The notes below the pieces were generated by a model. The model searched no databases, had not been told where the DNA came from, and saw only the letters and a list, made by a program, of their open reading frames with translations. Shown in pieces: positions 59,704 to 64,000 of a stretch of DNA of 64,000 bases; the stretch's first letter is position 1, and each line of letters opens with the position of its first letter. The position numbers and the translations under genes were made by a program. The stretch is from Promethearchaeota archaeon (GTDB lineage Archaea > Asgardarchaeota > Lokiarchaeia > Sigyniarchaeales > SOKP01). The stretch lies in the NCBI GenBank assembly GCA_016839705.1, contig JAEOTR010000016.1, positions 1-64,000 on the forward strand. The letters are read 5' to 3'.

Positions 59704-60819
59704 ATGCTTAATCAGATAGACCCAGAAATTAAAAAAATTTTAAAAAAATCGTTAGACAATGAAGATTTGACTTCTAAGGAAGCTTTAAAATTGTTAAAAG
59801 TTCATGGTAAGGAATTTATTGCTTTACAAAATGTAGCAAATGAAATTTGTTTTAAAAAAAAAGAAGATATTGTGACATTTGTTATTAATCGAAATATAAA
59901 TTTCACAAATGTGTGTTTTCAAGGATGTAAATTTTGTTCATTTAGTCTACCTCCTACTCATGAAGATGCTTTCCTACTTACATTAGAAGAAATTAAAGCT
60001 AAAGTCATTGAAGCGAAAGAATCAAATTGTTCAGAAGTGTGTATTCAAGGGGGAATAAACCCTGAGTTAAATTTTGATTTTTATTTAAATATTCTCAGAG
60101 CTGTCAAAGAAGTTGATAAAGGTATGCATTCTCATGCCTTTTCTCCTCAAGAAATTTATTATATGTCAAAATTATACCATAATTCAGTAGAGAATACTTT
60201 AAAGGAATTAAAAAAAGCCGGATTAGATTCAATCCCAGGTACCGCAGCTGAGATTTTGGTTGATAATGTTCGGAAGGTTGTATGCCCAAATAAGGTTACT
60301 ACTCAACAATGGATTGAGATAATAACAACTGCTCATAATTTAGGAATTCCAACGACTTCAACTATCATGTATGGGCATATTGAGTCACTTAAAGATAGAA
60401 TTCAACATTTAGAGGTGTTAAGAAATATTCAAAAAGAAACAAATGGTTTTTCAGAGTTTGTACCTTTACCCTTTGTAAAGGAAAATCCTGTTCTATCTAA
60501 GTTGGAAGAATATCCATTAGTGCCCAGTTATGGGATGGCTGATTTAAAATTATTTTGTGTGTCTCGAATATATTTGAATAATTATATTGATAATATACAA
60601 TGTTCATGGCCAAAATTAGGCCCCAAATTTTCACAAGTCTCTTTAAATTATGGTGTAAATGATTTTGGTGGTACATTGTTTGAAGAAAACATTTCTAGAA
60701 GTGCTGGAGCAGAGTTTGGTCAATTTTTATCTTCAGAAGAAATTGTTACAATAATAAAAACGGCGGGTAAACACCCTGCTCTGAGAGATACTTTATATAA
60801 TATAAAAAAATACTTTTAA
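59704..60819 (+). CDS. cofH: FO synthase subunit CofH
   Basis: NRNINFTNVC...CKFC, PGTAAEIL, TIMYGH, NDFGGTL. Confidence 0.95.
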   Translation: MLNQIDPEIKKILKKSLDNEDLTSKEALKLLKVHGKEFIALQNVANEICFKKKEDIVTFVINRNINFTNVCFQGCKFCSFSLPPTHEDAFLLTLEEIKAKVIEAKESNCSEVCIQGGINPELNFDFYLNILRAVKEVDKGMHSHAFSPQEIYYMSKLYHNSVENTLKELKKAGLDSIPGTAAEILVDNVRKVVCPNKVTTQQWIEIITTAHNLGIPTTSTIMYGHIESLKDRIQHLEVLRNIQKETNGFSEFVPLPFVKENPVLSKLEEYPLVPSYGMADLKLFCVSRIYLNNYIDNIQCSWPKLGPKFSQVSLNYGVNDFGGTLFEENISRSAGAEFGQFLSSEEIVTIIKTAGKHPALRDTLYNIKKYF

Positions 60820-60822
60820 AAA

Positions 60823-62679
60823 CTAAAGTGCTTGTAGATATTCTAGAATATAGCGTTGGGTTATTAGATCCGAATTAACCATACCCAACACTTTTCCTTC
60901 TTGAACAACTGGCATCGCAGAAATCTGATACTGCTCAAGTTCTCTTACAATATCTAACAAAGAGAAATCTGGTGATGCTGTAATAACTTCCTTCGTCATT
61001 ATTTTTTCAAGGTTGACAACTCCCACTCCCTCAGCAGTAGCTTTAGTTATATCCCAGTCTGTTACAACACCTACTAATCTATCGCTAGAAAGAACAGCAA
61101 CTATTCCGCTATTATTTTCAATCATCAAAGTCGCAGCATCTTGAATACTCCTGTTAACATCAATTGTTGGTATTGGAATCATGATATCTTCTGCTTTACG
61201 CTCACTTTCCTTTGCAGTCAAACGTTGGATACTGATACGTTCAGCTGCTGTGCTTGGGAGCATATCAGGATTTGTTGCTAATAAATTAACCAATTCTATC
61301 ATATTATGATGAATCACGTCTTCGCGATATTCTTCTCCAGCTCTTAACCTTTGCTTTGAAAGTTCTACGAACTCATCAGAATGATTATTTAACCATTTTT
61401 CTACTTTTTTGCGATCTCCTAACATTCTTTCTGGTATTTGTAAATGATCTGGAGATTTGACGATGTGTTCTTGTGCAGCAAAAATCACACCTCCAGAATT
61501 GACTAAGTAATCATTAGCAATCATAACTCCCTTTTCTCTATATACAATTTGTTCCATTCTAGTTCGGGCTGCTTTTCTATTTGGATCAGGGCTATACGTG
61601 TTCGCTCCTTCCACGATTAACGACCACTTCCCCATACGATCAACCGTAGTCGAAGGGGATTCGGAAAGCCTTACTCCTAAATAATTGAATACAGGGGCTG
61701 CAGGAATTAAACAAAAGGCATTCTCAAGAAGTAAATTATTTCGATTCGTTGAAAATTTAGTTGGATGTTTATATCCTTCAGATATGATATTTTTCTGGAA
61801 ATATTTATTAGTTACGAGACGATTTTCTTGCCATAACCTAAAAAGATCATCTGTTGGCAAACCAGATTCATTGTATAAATAACCTTCTAAATCACTAATA
61901 CCAATAACTTTAGATTCAGAAATTCTTTCTTTCAGAATTCGTGCTACGTGAGCCCCAACAGCTCCAAATCCTTGAATCAAAATTTTCAAATCACTGATCT
62001 CGGGAATTTCTAAATTAGCGAATTGAGAGAGTACTCTCAATCTAGGCATGATTTCTAATAATGTTTGTAATGCAATTACAACACCCCCCGCAGCGGCGCC
62101 AAGTTCATCAATTCGATTTCCACCCATGTCAGCTGGTTTTGATACAGCACTATCTAAACCATTTTCTATTGCTATAGTCTTCATATCAGCATCATTTGTT
62201 CCTACATCTGGCCCGGGTACATAAATATCCTTGTATCTATTAATCAATCGGGCAAACCCACGGATTACTTCATCATGATCCTCCGGCGAGAGATCTCGGT
62301 CAGCAACTATCCCCGCCTTCCCGCCACCATATGGTAAATTAGCCGCTGCGTTTTTTAGAGTCATTCCACGAGCCAAATTATGAATATCTGAGGGTAATAT
62401 ATCAGGTAGCATTCTAATTCCCCCCATACTCGGTTTTCCCATACTTAAATTATCAACAACTAAATATCCACCAATTTCCAATAGGGATTCTTCATCCCAT
62501 ATACAAGCGACTAGATGTGGGCCTAATTTATCAACAACTATCCGAAGTCGAGACAATAGATGCTCATCTACATTACTAAACTCTAAATAACACCTCCCCT
62601 TATCCTTTTTAAGCCGAGTTTTAAGAGTAGCTTCTGGTAATCGCTCTTTTAAAAAAGTTTCCATTTCCTTTGGGATCAT
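60823..62679 (-). CDS. Glu/Leu/Phe/Val dehydrogenase with C-terminal CBS pair
   Basis: GGIR, MTLK, GGGK, GPDVGT, QGFGAVG, EGAN, NSGGV; CBS pair (GVVTDWDI, AMPVV). Confidence 0.9.
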   Translation of the reverse strand: MIPKEMETFLKERLPEATLKTRLKKDKGRCYLEFSNVDEHLLSRLRIVVDKLGPHLVACIWDEESLLEIGGYLVVDNLSMGKPSMGGIRMLPDILPSDIHNLARGMTLKNAAANLPYGGGKAGIVADRDLSPEDHDEVIRGFARLINRYKDIYVPGPDVGTNDADMKTIAIENGLDSAVSKPADMGGNRIDELGAAAGGVVIALQTLLEIMPRLRVLSQFANLEIPEISDLKILIQGFGAVGAHVARILKERISESKVIGISDLEGYLYNESGLPTDDLFRLWQENRLVTNKYFQKNIISEGYKHPTKFSTNRNNLLLENAFCLIPAAPVFNYLGVRLSESPSTTVDRMGKWSLIVEGANTYSPDPNRKAARTRMEQIVYREKGVMIANDYLVNSGGVIFAAQEHIVKSPDHLQIPERMLGDRKKVEKWLNNHSDEFVELSKQRLRAGEEYREDVIHHNMIELVNLLATNPDMLPSTAAERISIQRLTAKESERKAEDIMIPIPTIDVNRSIQDAATLMIENNSGIVAVLSSDRLVGVVTDWDITKATAEGVGVVNLEKIMTKEVITASPDFSLLDIVRELEQYQISAMPVVQEGKVLGMVNSDLITQRYILEYLQAL

Positions 62680-62836
62680 AAACTCTCTCCTTTGAGATAT
62701 TATATCTTAGCAATTTCTTTAAGATTTTATAATTAAATATTTTTTCACTTTTGTTACTTTTACAATATGATAAATCTAATTTTTTTTATAGGTAAAACCA
62801 TTTAAATAAGTAATTTATTTAAATCGAAAATTTGAA

Positions 62837-63169
62837 ATGGTGTTATTTATGGCAATAATAACTATCGCAATTCTTAACGTTAAAGAAGGTAAGATGGAAG
62901 AAGCTAAGGAAGCCTTAAGGAAACTCGTCCCGAAAGTTAAAGAATCAGAACCAGGAACATTAGAATATATCCCTCATACATTTAAATATAATCCTAATTC
63001 TATTATTTTTTATGAAGTGTATGAAGATGAAGACGCAGCCAAGGCCCATTCAGCTAACTTACCGAAAAATATGGTAGAATTCGGGCCTTTGTTGGATAGA
63101 GGTATGGTGCTTCTTAATATAGTTAATGATAAATTAGTTTCCGTAAGAAACATAGAAAAAATAATATAA
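62837..63169 (+). CDS. Antibiotic-biosynthesis-monooxygenase (ABM) family protein
   Basis: EPGTLEY, FYEVYEDEDAAKAH. Confidence 0.85.
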   Translation: MVLFMAIITIAILNVKEGKMEEAKEALRKLVPKVKESEPGTLEYIPHTFKYNPNSIIFYEVYEDEDAAKAHSANLPKNMVEFGPLLDRGMVLLNIVNDKLVSVRNIEKII

Positions 63170-63183
63170 ACATTTTTTTTTAT

Positions 63184-63999
63184 TTATTCATCTTGAATAT
63201 AAGGTTTTCCAAGAAGTAAAGATATTTCAGCTTTTTTAAGTTCTCTTCCCAAATAATTTAAATGATACATATCCCTTGTTAAATTTTGCTTAATTACTTC
63301 TTTACTAAGAGCTTCAGCATTTTCCCCCATAAAGGTATAGAGCAATTTTTCTTTATTTGAATAAAATAGAACAAAAATTTTTCTCGTAAATTTATTTACA
63401 TAGATTCTAAAATAACCTTTATCATCGGGAACATAATCTTGCGTTAATTTATCTACAAGAATCGCATTATCGTCTTTAATTTGAGGTATTTTTTGATCTG
63501 TTTTACCTTTAGCTTTAAATAAAGATAATCCTTGATTTATTGGAGGTGTTTTTTTGTATTTTGCTAAATAGTTAAGCTTTATGCTATCTTTCAATTCTCT
63601 TACCCCACCAAATAGTTTAGGGCTATGTTCAACAGTAAATAATACACCCATATCTAATTCAACGGCAATACTTGCAAGTAGACCGTTGATTCCCACAGAA
63701 TCTACGTCCATTAATTCAACCACGTTTGAAATTCCAAAAAAGAGAGGTAACTGTTCGTTCAGGGGAAGTTTATTGTATAGAAAATAGCCCTCGAATGAAT
63801 TACAAATACCGGGAGATATTGGGGTTTCTAGTAAAGGGTCAGCAATCAATTTAGTAAATCCATGATTTTTCAATTTTTTTGTTAAAATCTGTAATTTTTC
63901 AACTCGAGTTCCAGGATCCCTAGGAAAATTTCCCTCCTTAATATTTGTTGGGAGAATGACAATTGGGATATTTTTAGGGATATCGACAAAATCTTTATA
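63184..63999 (-). CDS. Archaeal dihydropteroate synthase-like protein with DUF4346 tail, 5' end outside window
   Basis: Frame open to the window edge; IADPLL, NVVELMDVDS.G.N, YLGRELKKAE...YIQD. Confidence 0.88.
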   Translation of the reverse strand, partial: YKDFVDIPKNIPIVILPTNIKEGNFPRDPGTRVEKLQILTKKLKNHGFTKLIADPLLETPISPGICNSFEGYFLYNKLPLNEQLPLFFGISNVVELMDVDSVGINGLLASIAVELDMGVLFTVEHSPKLFGGVRELKDSIKLNYLAKYKKTPPINQGLSLFKAKGKTDQKIPQIKDDNAILVDKLTQDYVPDDKGYFRIYVNKFTRKIFVLFYSNKEKLLYTFMGENAEALSKEVIKQNLTRDMYHLNYLGRELKKAEISLLLGKPYIQDE

Positions 64000-64000
64000 A

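Noticed and set aside
359-63787. Many short ORFs in the track that overlap longer genes on the opposite strand or in another frame (e.g. 1261-1554, 6216-6422, 13727-14089, 42244-42471, 47073-47279)
   Set aside because: Shadow ORFs of well-supported genes with no recognisable motifs; 6216-6422 is antisense to the real rubredoxin
1-64000. CRISPR arrays, tRNA/rRNA genes, transposases or integrases
   Set aside because: No regularly spaced repeats, no GC-rich structured RNA-like tracts and no recombinase motifs were seen by eye

Overview
AT-rich (about 30% GC by eye) archaeal chromosomal segment, most consistent with an Asgard archaeon of the Lokiarchaeia type: archaeal AlaRS, DtdA, EndoQ, MptA and CofG/CofH occur together with eukaryote-like signature proteins. 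Layout: (1) 0.5-18.7 kb, an oxidative-stress and thiol-redox island (superoxide reductase, flavodiiron protein, two free rubredoxins missed by the ORF track, two rubredoxin fusions, Isf, glutaredoxins, FTR, two PDOs, TrxB). (2) 19.4-23.2 kb, an apparent operon ArsR > Rag/Arf-like small GTPase > MASE3-PAS histidine kinase > response regulator whose output domain looks like a longin/uDENN GAP. (3) 23-47 kb, housekeeping and accessory genes (three Cys-tailed Lrp regulators, SfsA, DtdA, AlaRS, FtsZ, EndoQ) with several gene-remnant scars. (4) 47-55.7 kb, a complete ubiquitin-like conjugation locus: two single-glycine (…AG) Ubl paralogues, a membrane-anchored Ubl, E1, E2, JAMM protease and a multi-pass membrane RING-type E3. 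(5) 55.7-64 kb, pterin/flavin/F420 biosynthesis. The two best candidates for undescribed systems are the membrane-centred single-Gly Ubl pathway and the two-component/Rag-GTPase module. No rRNA, tRNA, CRISPR array or transposase was recognised. All family calls come from motif recognition by eye; no searches were run.
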